Source of the DNA: Candidatus Micrarchaeota archaeon
GTDB taxonomy: Archaea; Micrarchaeota; Micrarchaeia; Anstonellales; Bilamarchaeaceae
NCBI GenBank assembly: GCA_043816005.1
Contig: JBDRIM010000062.1
Location: 1 to 21,246 of the forward strand
Direction of reading: 5' to 3'
Length of the DNA: 21,246 bases
This document shows, one piece after another, positions 1 through 8,182 of this stretch. The first letter of the stretch is position 1. Each line of letters starts with the position of its first letter. A model generated the notes under the pieces. That model made no database searches, was not told where the DNA came from, and saw only the letters and a program-made list of their open reading frames with translations. The translations under genes and the position numbers were made by a program.

Positions 1-26
1 AAAGCGCACGAATATCCCGGCCAAGG

Positions 27-87
27 CGTTTTTGTTCACTGAGCTCGCACTTCGAGTGCTCGCTGTGAACACCTCGGAACAAAAACG
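27..87. repeat. Nested imperfect palindrome / GC-rich stem-loop element
   Basis: CGTTTTTGTTC (27-37) is the perfect reverse complement of GAACAAAAACG (77-87). TGTTCAC (33-39) pairs with GTGAACA (65-71). Inner hairpin GCACT-TCG-AGTGC (47-59). Confidence 0.6.
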
Positions 88-173
88 ACTATTTTGAACT
101 TGTTCATGGACAGTGTGTTTAATTTTTTACAAAAATCAATAATATTAATAAATTCGCAACACTAGAAGTAAGT

Positions 174-725
174 ATGCAATTAGAAGAAGAGCTAAACTCT
201 TTAGAAGACGGCGAAGTGTTTCTTATATCTGCCCCAGGAGAAAAATTGCTAGAAGTTAACTTAAATGTCTTGGATTATTTGGTTAACAAAGGGTATACTG
301 GAGTTATTATAACCCTAAATAACCCCTACAGCATACTTGTAAAGATAATAGAAAAACGCAAAATAGACCAATCAAAACTTTACTTCATAGATTGTATTAC
401 AAAAACAGCAGGTGGACAAGCAGCACGCACGGAAAACGCATTATTTATATCATCTCCAGCTAACCTTACTGAGCTTGGCGTAGCGATATCCCAACTGATT
501 GCAGCAATGCCAAAAGGAAAACAATTCGTAATGATGGATTCGCTTAGTACGCTTGCAATGTATAACACTGCCGGTTCAGTTGCAAAATTTTCTCATTTTT
601 TAATTACAAAAATAAAGCTTCATGAAGTTTCAGGAGTAATAATATCCATTGAAGCTGAAATAGATGAACAAACAAAGAACCAGATTTCATCTTTGTGTAA
701 TAAAACAATAAGACTAGGTGATTAA
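174..725 (+). CDS. Degenerate KaiC/RecA-superfamily ATPase-like domain protein (DUF835-like)
   Basis: 183 aa. 'FLISAPGEKLL' lies at the P-loop position, followed by 'LYFIDC' and Walker-B-like 'VMMDSLSTL'. No intact GxxGxGKT/S motif. Confidence 0.7.
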   Translation: MQLEEELNSLEDGEVFLISAPGEKLLEVNLNVLDYLVNKGYTGVIITLNNPYSILVKIIEKRKIDQSKLYFIDCITKTAGGQAARTENALFISSPANLTELGVAISQLIAAMPKGKQFVMMDSLSTLAMYNTAGSVAKFSHFLITKIKLHEVSGVIISIEAEIDEQTKNQISSLCNKTIRLGD

Positions 726-1043
726 ATGATTGAACCGTATATTATTCTTGCAGTTGCTTCGCTCCTATTTGTTTTTATGGCCATCGTTTTGATGACAATA
801 GCTGTCAGAAGGTTCGTGAAAGGTGAATTGAAATCATTCCTAAACTGGATGTTGGTTGGTTTCTGGCTTATGGCAATCCCGTATAGCCTCTTTATTATTA
901 GAGAACTCAATGTAGTTAGTGAGGAACAGTCATCTACAGTCAGTTTTATCATATACGCTTGTATGTGTATAGTTGCACTTTGCATTTTGCGTGCTTCGTT
1001 CATTTTAGATAAATTTTCAAAAGTATTTGGCTTTGCTGAATGA
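726..1043 (+). CDS. Small integral membrane protein (about 3 TM)
   Basis: 105 aa with three hydrophobic stretches. ATG directly follows the upstream TAA and is preceded by a GGTGA SD. Confidence 0.75.
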   Translation: MIEPYIILAVASLLFVFMAIVLMTIAVRRFVKGELKSFLNWMLVGFWLMAIPYSLFIIRELNVVSEEQSSTVSFIIYACMCIVALCILRASFILDKFSKVFGFAE

Positions 1044-1191
1044 ATTTGACATAGTCAACAATAAGGCGCTCTAATTTCAGTTAGCTTTAGCTATTCCTAT
1101 AAGGTTAGACGCTCTAAAAATTAACATTTCAACTGATAACGGTCAATTAACTCCATAATCACTGAAAATGAAACTTTATTGAATCTTTAGA

Positions 1192-2394
1192 TTAGGAATT
1201 CCCAACCAACTTTTTGATGAATGCGCTAATCATCAGAGGTAGTCCCATTTTTTCTTCAGTATCTTCTTCAAGGGCCTCAGAATGCAGAAGTTCTAGAAGA
1301 CTCCTTGTGGTTTTCAATTCATTCTCTAGTACGGTTTTCGAATATTTTGCGAAATCTTTCTTGCTTTCCTCGATCTGCCTGTTTTTTTCATATTCTTCTC
1401 TGTCTGAATTTTTTTCTTTTTTCAACTGAATTATACGCTCAACGACTTCTTGTGCACCTTTGACATCCCGGACATAGAAATCTAGTGTTTTTTCGTTTTC
1501 ATCATTCACTGCCAGGAATGAGGTCAGTTCCAGTGAACCAATTGTTTCAAACAGATTTCTGTTTCCCAGAATTAATTTTTTGAATCTGGAGGTTTCGGGA
1601 CAAACATGCGAAAGTTTTTTTTCACTGTATTCAAAGAATTCGCAAATCTGGCTTGCATTGTATTTACCAAACATGGGATAATCAGTAAAGAACTGCTTTA
1701 GTAGTGCCATTTCCTCTTTGTTCTGGAATACTTGATAGTACTCTTTCAGGGATTGACCTTCGGTTTCCCCAAGTAACTCCATTACTGGCTTTGAAACCAG
1801 AGACCGTACATAAACTTTCCGCAATCCTTTCAATTTTTCAAGATTTTTCAGCAGTTCCTCGTGTCTGTACACTTTTTCCAGATTGATAGTTTCCTTTTCC
1901 AGCCTTGCCATTTCTTTCAATGTTTTTTCTATATTAAGCCGTTCTCTTTTCAGAATCCTGTCTTTCTTCCTTATCTCCTCTTCTGTAATCTCGTATTCCT
2001 TACCAAGAGTCACGATCTCTTCAAAATATTTCAATTCTTCTCTTGCAATCTGCATCTTGTTATCCCTGATCAGTTTTGCGATTGATATAAATCTTTTTCC
2101 CGAGTCTTTTGAAATGTTATGACTATCAAATTCACCAACAACCTCCAGTTCAAAACGACCGAGTTCTTTGTCAAAAACCATTCCTTTCTTTGCAAGCCTG
2201 ATTCGAGTGTTGATATCTGGATTCCACAATGTTTTTTCCTTTTCCCGTGTAGATATTATACCATCGATTATCTCACTTAGTTGTTTAGAAAGCTTCAAGG
2301 TGATAGGACGTTGGGTTTTTTCTATTTTTTCCATTCTGCGCTCCAGGCTACGACGCACTTTTTTCAATTTTAATATTTCATCTGTGCTAATCAT
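1192..2394 (-). CDS. Hypothetical Glu/Lys-rich coiled-coil protein
   Basis: 400-aa ORF with highly charged helical composition and GAGG upstream. No motif recognised. Confidence 0.75.
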   Translation of the reverse strand: MISTDEILKLKKVRRSLERRMEKIEKTQRPITLKLSKQLSEIIDGIISTREKEKTLWNPDINTRIRLAKKGMVFDKELGRFELEVVGEFDSHNISKDSGKRFISIAKLIRDNKMQIAREELKYFEEIVTLGKEYEITEEEIRKKDRILKRERLNIEKTLKEMARLEKETINLEKVYRHEELLKNLEKLKGLRKVYVRSLVSKPVMELLGETEGQSLKEYYQVFQNKEEMALLKQFFTDYPMFGKYNASQICEFFEYSEKKLSHVCPETSRFKKLILGNRNLFETIGSLELTSFLAVNDENEKTLDFYVRDVKGAQEVVERIIQLKKEKNSDREEYEKNRQIEESKKDFAKYSKTVLENELKTTRSLLELLHSEALEEDTEEKMGLPLMISAFIKKLVGNS

Positions 2395-2542
2395 CCAATT
2401 CGCCTCATCATCTTGCGTTTGTTAACTTACAGGCATCATCAAACTTAACAAAAAAATTACAAACTATAGAATTGATATCTTTTCTTATTTTAAATGATTT
2501 ACTAGGATAAATTCCAAATTATTTAACCAATGATATCTTTTT

Positions 2543-3310
2543 CTATTCGATTTTAACTTCTGGAATTTCTTGTTGTTTTTCTTCAGTTGGTTCTTCTTGA
2601 ATTTCTTCATTGAATTTGGTTTCTTGTTGTTTTTCTTCAGTTGGTTCTTTTTTGGTTTCTTCTTTTGGTTTTTCTCCCCCCAGTTCTTTATGTTTTTTCT
2701 CAGCAAGTTTTGTATTTTTCTCCTTCAACTTTTTCATTAGATTTATTTCTTTTGTCTCTTGCTGTAGTGAAAGACCTTCCGGATTGCTAGCCATATGCTC
2801 AACCATCTGTAGTAATCTCAGTAGGATAAAGATTATAACAAAAAGTAGTATTGCTGCACCAAGAGTTACAATATCTGCAGGAACTCCGGTGTAGATTATA
2901 GTCATTATAACATACACAGAAACATTAACTGGGGGAGCAGAAAAAAGGAAAAATGCAACTTTCTTAGGAAGAAGATGATAATAGGTTACAGCCATGAGTA
3001 TAATTGCGCCTCCAAAAAGTGCTGTAGTAGTAGTAAGGAAAAGGTTGTTTGACATGAGAGTGTCCCAAGAGGTATCAGAAGAATTATACATGAAGTGAAT
3101 CATGTTGATGGAAATGAAGAGAAAAACCATAGTATTTCCAAATGCAGTATTCCATCCAAGTTCTTCTTGTTTGTATTTGCCAAAATAAAGAGTCATGAAT
3201 AAAGTCGCTATCACTAATGGAGCTGCGGTCCAGAGCATAAGCTGGTCTGATAACGGCGCTTGTAAAAGTAAAATAAGCCTAGCCAGGATATCTGTTAAAA
3301 GGTCTATCAT
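2543..3310 (-). CDS. Polytopic membrane protein (about 6 TM) with a Glu/Lys-rich C-terminal tail
   Basis: Hydrophobic N-terminal ~190 aa, then an acidic repeat tail. The ATG at 3310 (MIDLLTD) is preferred over the track's TTG at 3355. Confidence 0.75.
   Translation of the reverse strand: MIDLLTDILARLILLLQAPLSDQLMLWTAAPLVIATLFMTLYFGKYKQEELGWNTAFGNTMVFLFISINMIHFMYNSSDTSWDTLMSNNLFLTTTTALFGGAIILMAVTYYHLLPKKVAFFLFSAPPVNVSVYVIMTIIYTGVPADIVTLGAAILLFVIIFILLRLLQMVEHMASNPEGLSLQQETKEINLMKKLKEKNTKLAEKKHKELGGEKPKEETKKEPTEEKQQETKFNEEIQEEPTEEKQQEIPEVKIE
2566..2649. repeat. 30-bp exact direct repeat (period 54) encoding EPTEEKQQE twice
   Basis: TTTCTTGTTGTTTTTCTTCAGTTGGTTCTT occurs at 2566-2595 and 2620-2649. 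Confidence 0.9.
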
Positions 3311-3375
3311 GGGTTGTATTCGCAAGTATGTTTTTAATTCATTGAGATTATTCAAAAAAATAATAAAATTATAGA

Positions 3376-3606
3376 TTACTCTTTCTTGTTATCCAAATTC
3401 ACAATAGTATACCCAGCACCAACAAGTAATCTTTTAGCTTTAGCAAAATTAGAAACTCCCAATGAGATTCTTGCCTTATCCAAAACAAGATCAGCTTCTA
3501 CAAAATCGACTTTTATCCTTTCCCGTTCTAGCATATTCACAATTTCAGTAACAAGTCCGACTCTATCCCTTTCAAAAATTGTTATGATTTTTTTACCATT
3601 CCGCAT
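3376..3606 (-). CDS. Stand-alone ACT domain protein
   Basis: 76 aa with 'ITIFERDRVGLVTEIVNML...I' (ACT DRxG signature) and 'AKAKRLLVGAGY'. Strong AAGGAGG SD. Confidence 0.85.
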   Translation of the reverse strand: MRNGKKIITIFERDRVGLVTEIVNMLERERIKVDFVEADLVLDKARISLGVSNFAKAKRLLVGAGYTIVNLDNKKE

Positions 3607-3736
3607 AGTATAATGTTCCTCCTTAGTAGTTCTAGGTTTTATTATTATTTAAAGTGAACTGTTCCACAATGGACGATGTATTGTACCACGATCGTAGAAC
3701 AGGTTTGTTTTTATTTGCACACAGAATTATAAGAGT

Positions 3737-4651
3737 ATGAAAAAATTAGGAATTTGGATACCAACACGACCAACATTAAGGGCTGTTGACAAGAAAAATC
3801 CAGGGATATTTCTTGAGAGTGTTGCCAGTGAGATAGTAAGAGAATTGAAAACTGAATTTGAAGTGGTCGAAGGATTGGATTTCAGGAATGCAAGTATAAG
3901 AGATGGAAAAGTTTTCTTTGATGAATTTGATGCAAGTCAGTTAGATGGTTATCTTTGGTTTTCTGACATGAATAAACATAGTGATAGTCATGATATCCTT
4001 GTTCTGGAAAAGTTAGAAGTAACAGTCCCAGTCATTAATCCAACCAAAGGACTGAGAATAGGTTTGGATAAAATTAAGACTTCAAGTTTTCTTAAAGATA
4101 ATAAAATCCCAGTTCCAGAATTTGCACTGGTTAATTCTACTGATGAAAAAACAATAAGATGGATTTTTGAAAATTGGGGGAGCGTACTTGTTAAGCCAAG
4201 ATTCGGATCTTTTGGAGTTGGAATATACAAAGCTGATGATCCAGATGATTTGCTAGATTTAATAGATTTCTCCGGGATAGATACAATATATGTAGAAAAA
4301 TTTTATGAAAATGATATGAGTGATTGGTGTGGTATAAACGTTGTTGGTGGAGAGATATTATACGCCTATGGAAAACATGAAACAAAGATAAAGGGGTATA
4401 AAGTGCTAGACAGAAAGAGATTAGGCGGTGCAATGACCAAAAAAACAGTTGATGAAACACAGAAGAATATTGCACTTTCAGTTGCCAAAGCAACTGGAAT
4501 GGATTTTTTTGGAGTGGACTTGATAAAAACTAAGGATGGCAGGTATTTGGTTGTAGATTTAAACACCTTTCCTGGGATCTATCCAGAAATGAGAGAACCA
4601 AAAGAAATAGCAACGGAATTCTTAAGGATGGTAAAGATACGACTTGGTTAA
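3737..4651 (+). CDS. RimK/LysX/GshB-like ATP-grasp ligase
   Basis: Motifs DKIKTSSFL..IPVP, VLVKPRFGSFGVGI, YVEKFY, FFGVDLI and DLNTFPG. Confidence 0.85.
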   Translation: MKKLGIWIPTRPTLRAVDKKNPGIFLESVASEIVRELKTEFEVVEGLDFRNASIRDGKVFFDEFDASQLDGYLWFSDMNKHSDSHDILVLEKLEVTVPVINPTKGLRIGLDKIKTSSFLKDNKIPVPEFALVNSTDEKTIRWIFENWGSVLVKPRFGSFGVGIYKADDPDDLLDLIDFSGIDTIYVEKFYENDMSDWCGINVVGGEILYAYGKHETKIKGYKVLDRKRLGGAMTKKTVDETQKNIALSVAKATGMDFFGVDLIKTKDGRYLVVDLNTFPGIYPEMREPKEIATEFLRMVKIRLG

Positions 4652-4652
4652 G

Positions 4653-5966
4653 ATGGCATCAATACTGAGAAGGGCCAAAATTGGCTGGGAAATGGAATTC
4701 TTTATACTAGATGAGAACGGCAGCCCAGTCAATAAAGCAAACGAATTGATTAAAGCGTTAGAGAATGAAAAATATCTTCATGCACGTAAGGAAATATCAC
4801 AAATTATGATTGAAATCGGATCAGACGCAAAAGGAACTGTAAAAGATGCAGCATCCTCATTTTTGAAAAGACTGGAAAAATTAGTTGAGCTAAGCGAAAA
4901 ACATTCTTACAGATTATTGCCATTGGCAACCTACCCAGGTAAAACATCCCCAAAATTGAATGATAATACTACATGGTATCGTGCTAAAAAATCAGTACTT
5001 GGTGATGCTGGATTAATAGAAGCAAGTGTTTGTGGATATCATTTCCACTACGAACTACCTGAAAGGATAGTAAAGGAAGAAAGAATTGAAACTACAAAAT
5101 GTTCACACTCCAAAGATGTATTTTTGAATCAATATAATTTTTTGATAGCTATTGATCCAGTAGGCATTTCACTTTGTCAGTCATCTCCTTTTTGGCAAGG
5201 AAAACAGCTTGCAAAGGATTGTAGGATTTTGATGTATAGAGATTTTGCATTGAATGATTATAGTGAAGTAAATGGTATGCATTACTACCTCCCTTTATTT
5301 GGATCATTACCAAATTACGAATTCACGCTAAATGATCTACGAGTTATGGCTGACAAAAGAAAAACAGAATGGATAAAAATACTTCAAAAAAACCGTTTCA
5401 AAAACATAGTTGACATAATGTGTGTACCGACCCTTAAATTCATGTGGGGTCCACTAAGGATAAATAAAATAGGAACATTTGAATACCGTGGTCCTGACAT
5501 AAATTATCCTGCTTACACTATGGCCTTAACTGCACTGATGAGGTATGCTTTAGAAGCAATAGAAAACCAAAAATTCAAAACTCAACCTGATGATCTGGGA
5601 ATAACAGAACCATTTTTATTGGAAGATGACATCATTTATTTACCCCCATACAGCCATGTACGGCATTTGGAATATTTAGCAACTACAAGTGGATTGGAAT
5701 CAGAAACTGTATATACATATTGTAAAAAATTACTTAGCCTCGTAGATAAGATAAGTCATAGATCAAAGAAATCAAAATTCTTAACACCAATAAGAAATAT
5801 ATTAAAACAAAAGAAAACCATATCTGATGAGATAATCGAATTGGCATTAAAGAATGGTTATGTTAAAAATGAGGTTATGACAGACGATTTAGCAAATTAT
5901 TTGGGTTTATATTTCTCAAAAAGATTTGATAAGGAAATAGAGTATGCAAAAAAATTGTGCTTATAA
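4653..5966 (+). CDS. Glutamate-cysteine ligase family 2 (GCS2/YbdK-like carboxylate-amine ligase)
   Basis: Motifs IGWEMEFF, EISQIMIEIGS, CGYHFHY, SSPFWQG, WGPLR and TFEYRGPD. The ATG at 4653 lies just after the upstream stop; the track uses TTG 4644. Confidence 0.85.
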   Translation: MASILRRAKIGWEMEFFILDENGSPVNKANELIKALENEKYLHARKEISQIMIEIGSDAKGTVKDAASSFLKRLEKLVELSEKHSYRLLPLATYPGKTSPKLNDNTTWYRAKKSVLGDAGLIEASVCGYHFHYELPERIVKEERIETTKCSHSKDVFLNQYNFLIAIDPVGISLCQSSPFWQGKQLAKDCRILMYRDFALNDYSEVNGMHYYLPLFGSLPNYEFTLNDLRVMADKRKTEWIKILQKNRFKNIVDIMCVPTLKFMWGPLRINKIGTFEYRGPDINYPAYTMALTALMRYALEAIENQKFKTQPDDLGITEPFLLEDDIIYLPPYSHVRHLEYLATTSGLESETVYTYCKKLLSLVDKISHRSKKSKFLTPIRNILKQKKTISDEIIELALKNGYVKNEVMTDDLANYLGLYFSKRFDKEIEYAKKLCL

Positions 5967-5978
5967 TTGGTGTTTACA

Positions 5979-6986
5979 ATGGTTGACTTAACAGACATAT
6001 CTTGGGATGGAGTTTGGATAGGCGGGATAGCATTTATCCTCGCATTTATTATTGGAATAGTTATCTGGAGCATTTTGCTAAGATTTGGAAGTAGAGCTTT
6101 TTCTAAAGGAGGGTTATATTTTATACCAGAAATTATGCGTAGTTTGACACCATCGATTGCAGTGGGCGTTTTCTTACTTAGTATCTACGCTGGGTTGTCG
6201 ATAATACGAAGTGATGTGTTAACTAATCCACTATTCAAGATATGGAATATACTCTTGATTTTTGTTATTGTAAATATAATAGCAAAAATGATTCTTAGTA
6301 TGATAGATATTAGGTATAGGAAGGCACGTATAGCAGAAATTGCAACCCTTTATCGTTCCTTGCCCATGTTAAAAAGCGCAGTAAGCATATTAATCTACAG
6401 CTTGGCTTTCATACTGTCTATACAGGTATTAGATACTGAGGCCGGTTTTGTAGTTGCAATATTGGTTGCATTACTAGGTTTGTTTTTCTTTACTGTTTTC
6501 CATTCCCAGATAAAGAGTATTGCTGCTGGTTTCCAGTTGACAAATTATTATGTGGAAGAAGGAGACCTTATAGAAATCGATGGGAATAGGGGATTTGTAG
6601 AAAGAATACACGCTCGGTCTACATTATTGAGAACAATTGATGGGAAAATGATAGTAGTACCGAACTATGTATTTTTCAAACGATTAATTTTATTGCATAA
6701 AACAGATATGAATGAGATTAGTATTTATACGAAGATCAAAGGAACTGATATTGACAAAATAAGTTCTAAATTGCACACAATTTCATCGAAATTGACCATG
6801 GACTTGAAGGACATACCAAACGAATCAAAACCAAAGATATTTGTTAATGGAGTTAAGAATGGAATAACTGAATTTGTAATAAGAATAAAGTTAGTAAGGG
6901 GTGCTGATGTTCAAAATATATTACACTTGCTTAATACCAATATTCTAAAAGAATTCAAGGGAAATGTTGAATCAATTGAGATATAA
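5979..6986 (+). CDS. mscS: Small-conductance mechanosensitive channel (MscS family)
   Basis: About 5 TMs, then 'IKSIAAGFQL..YVEEGDLIEIDGNRGFVERIHARSTLLRTIDGKMIVVPN', the MscS beta-domain. ATG at 5979 has GGTG upstream. Confidence 0.9.
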   Translation: MVDLTDISWDGVWIGGIAFILAFIIGIVIWSILLRFGSRAFSKGGLYFIPEIMRSLTPSIAVGVFLLSIYAGLSIIRSDVLTNPLFKIWNILLIFVIVNIIAKMILSMIDIRYRKARIAEIATLYRSLPMLKSAVSILIYSLAFILSIQVLDTEAGFVVAILVALLGLFFFTVFHSQIKSIAAGFQLTNYYVEEGDLIEIDGNRGFVERIHARSTLLRTIDGKMIVVPNYVFFKRLILLHKTDMNEISIYTKIKGTDIDKISSKLHTISSKLTMDLKDIPNESKPKIFVNGVKNGITEFVIRIKLVRGADVQNILHLLNTNILKEFKGNVESIEI

Positions 6987-6998
6987 AAAAATAAAAAA

Positions 6999-7442
6999 TT
7001 ATGATTGATTTGCACGAACAACAAAATACCTATCGGCAGATTCAACAAATCCTTCCATAGCATATTGGCGTCCAAAACCATTTTGCCTGACACTGACCAT
7101 ATCAACGCCATGCAAAAGAACATTGCCGCTGAATGCATCATGGTTAAGGTATTCGCGAGTTGCCGCACCAAGTTCTGATGCACATTCCAATAAAGCAGCC
7201 CGACCATTTAATGTTTCAGGATCAGACTTACCTCCGTAACGTCTTGCTAAATCTTTTGGAACTTCAACCATAACCTTTTTTGCATGATCATCGCGAGTGG
7301 CTTCACGAACTCTCCCAACTTCATAGACAAATCTTTTTTGTTGTTGATCCTGTCCTGCCAATCTTGCAACTGTTGCAACAGGAGGTAATGGAGAAACTCG
7401 GACTGGTCCCTTTTCTGCTAGAACTGGTGCTACGCCGCCCAT
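6999..7442 (-). CDS. Hypothetical protein
   Basis: 147-aa ORF with GGAGGGAG SD immediately upstream. Convergent with mscS across an A-rich tract. Confidence 0.65.
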   Translation of the reverse strand: MGGVAPVLAEKGPVRVSPLPPVATVARLAGQDQQQKRFVYEVGRVREATRDDHAKKVMVEVPKDLARRYGGKSDPETLNGRAALLECASELGAATREYLNHDAFSGNVLLHGVDMVSVRQNGFGRQYAMEGFVESADRYFVVRANQS

Positions 7443-7627
7443 CTAACTCCCTCCGTTGATTGCAAAAATAGATTTGTTCCTTCAATTTCACTACTATGAT
7501 TAGATCTAACTACATTCCTAACATTGCTGAATTTCAAAACACCCTTTATTCATTTTTCTTCACCTCGAATTTTATTAACTGAGAAAAAAATTAGGGTTTT
7601 CAAGTATATAAATAAGTGTAACAAAAA

Positions 7628-8023
7628 TTATTTATTAAGATTTTTGGCAATTTCTTTTAGATGATCGAATCTGCGGTGCATATCATTTTGCATCTCTCCT
7701 AGTGATTGTTCAAGATTATCACCACGAAGACGATAAATTCTTCCATCTCTTATGACAAGACCCGACCTTTGAAACAAATTAAGATGATAGATAACAGCTG
7801 CCTGACTTACTTCACTTAACTGCATAAGATCTCTTGAGGAGATACCGGTTCCTTTCATACTTGCACGAACAAGAGCTCGAAAAACCAATAGTCCCACATT
7901 ATCTCTCTCGTCACCAAGCCCAAGGCATTGATATATATAATCTATCTCTGCATTTTCATCTTCTTGGATAGGAAGTGAGATATAACGAATAACTATCTGA
8001 CGATAATATCTCCTTTGAACCAT
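7628..8023 (-). CDS. Winged helix-turn-helix transcriptional regulator (ArsR-like fold)
   Basis: 'GISSRDLMQLSEVSQAAVIYHLNLFQRSGLVIRDGRIYRL' forms an HTH plus wing. Divergent from grpE. Confidence 0.8.
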   Translation of the reverse strand: MVQRRYYRQIVIRYISLPIQEDENAEIDYIYQCLGLGDERDNVGLLVFRALVRASMKGTGISSRDLMQLSEVSQAAVIYHLNLFQRSGLVIRDGRIYRLRGDNLEQSLGEMQNDMHRRFDHLKEIAKNLNK

Positions 8024-8113
8024 ATAATTTATTCTTTAGCATAAATATTTAAAAATCTTTCTAAATATTAAACAAATTGTTAAAAGTTTAAATTAACCAG
8101 TACGGGTGATTTT
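8024..8113. promoter_or_regulatory. Divergent promoter region of the wHTH gene and grpE-dnaK operon
   Basis: Very AT-rich with TATA-like TTTAAA elements. Palindromes TAAATATTTA (8042-8051) and AACAA-A-TTGTT (8071-8081). GGTGA SD at 8105-8109. Confidence 0.5.
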
Positions 8114-8182
8114 ACGAGCAGTGAAGCAAAAAAACTAGGAATTGAAAAAAAACTCGAGATAGGAGGACCTGAAGAAAGATTA

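Noticed and set aside
1..26. ATCCCGGCCA resembling a tRNA 3' end
   Set aside because: No GTTCRA T-loop precedes it, and the sequence is truncated by the window edge.
47..60. GCAC...GAGTGCT resembling a CIRCE half-site
   Set aside because: The spacing is wrong, the arms are incomplete, and it lies 8 kb from the chaperone operon.
1044..1191. Short hairpin TTGAC-ATA-GTCAA, CGCTCTAA twice, and an 11-codon minus-strand ORF
   Set aside because: Too short to exceed chance expectation in an AT-rich convergent spacer.
2485..2706. 73-aa K/N-rich ORF
   Set aside because: Alternate-frame shadow of the A-rich repeat tail of the membrane protein, with no SD.
7430..7553. Stop-codon reassignment or readthrough suggested by clustered TAGs
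   Set aside because: TAG, TGA and TAA all terminate conserved genes here (dnaK TAG, grpE TGA, dnaJ TAA), so the standard code applies.
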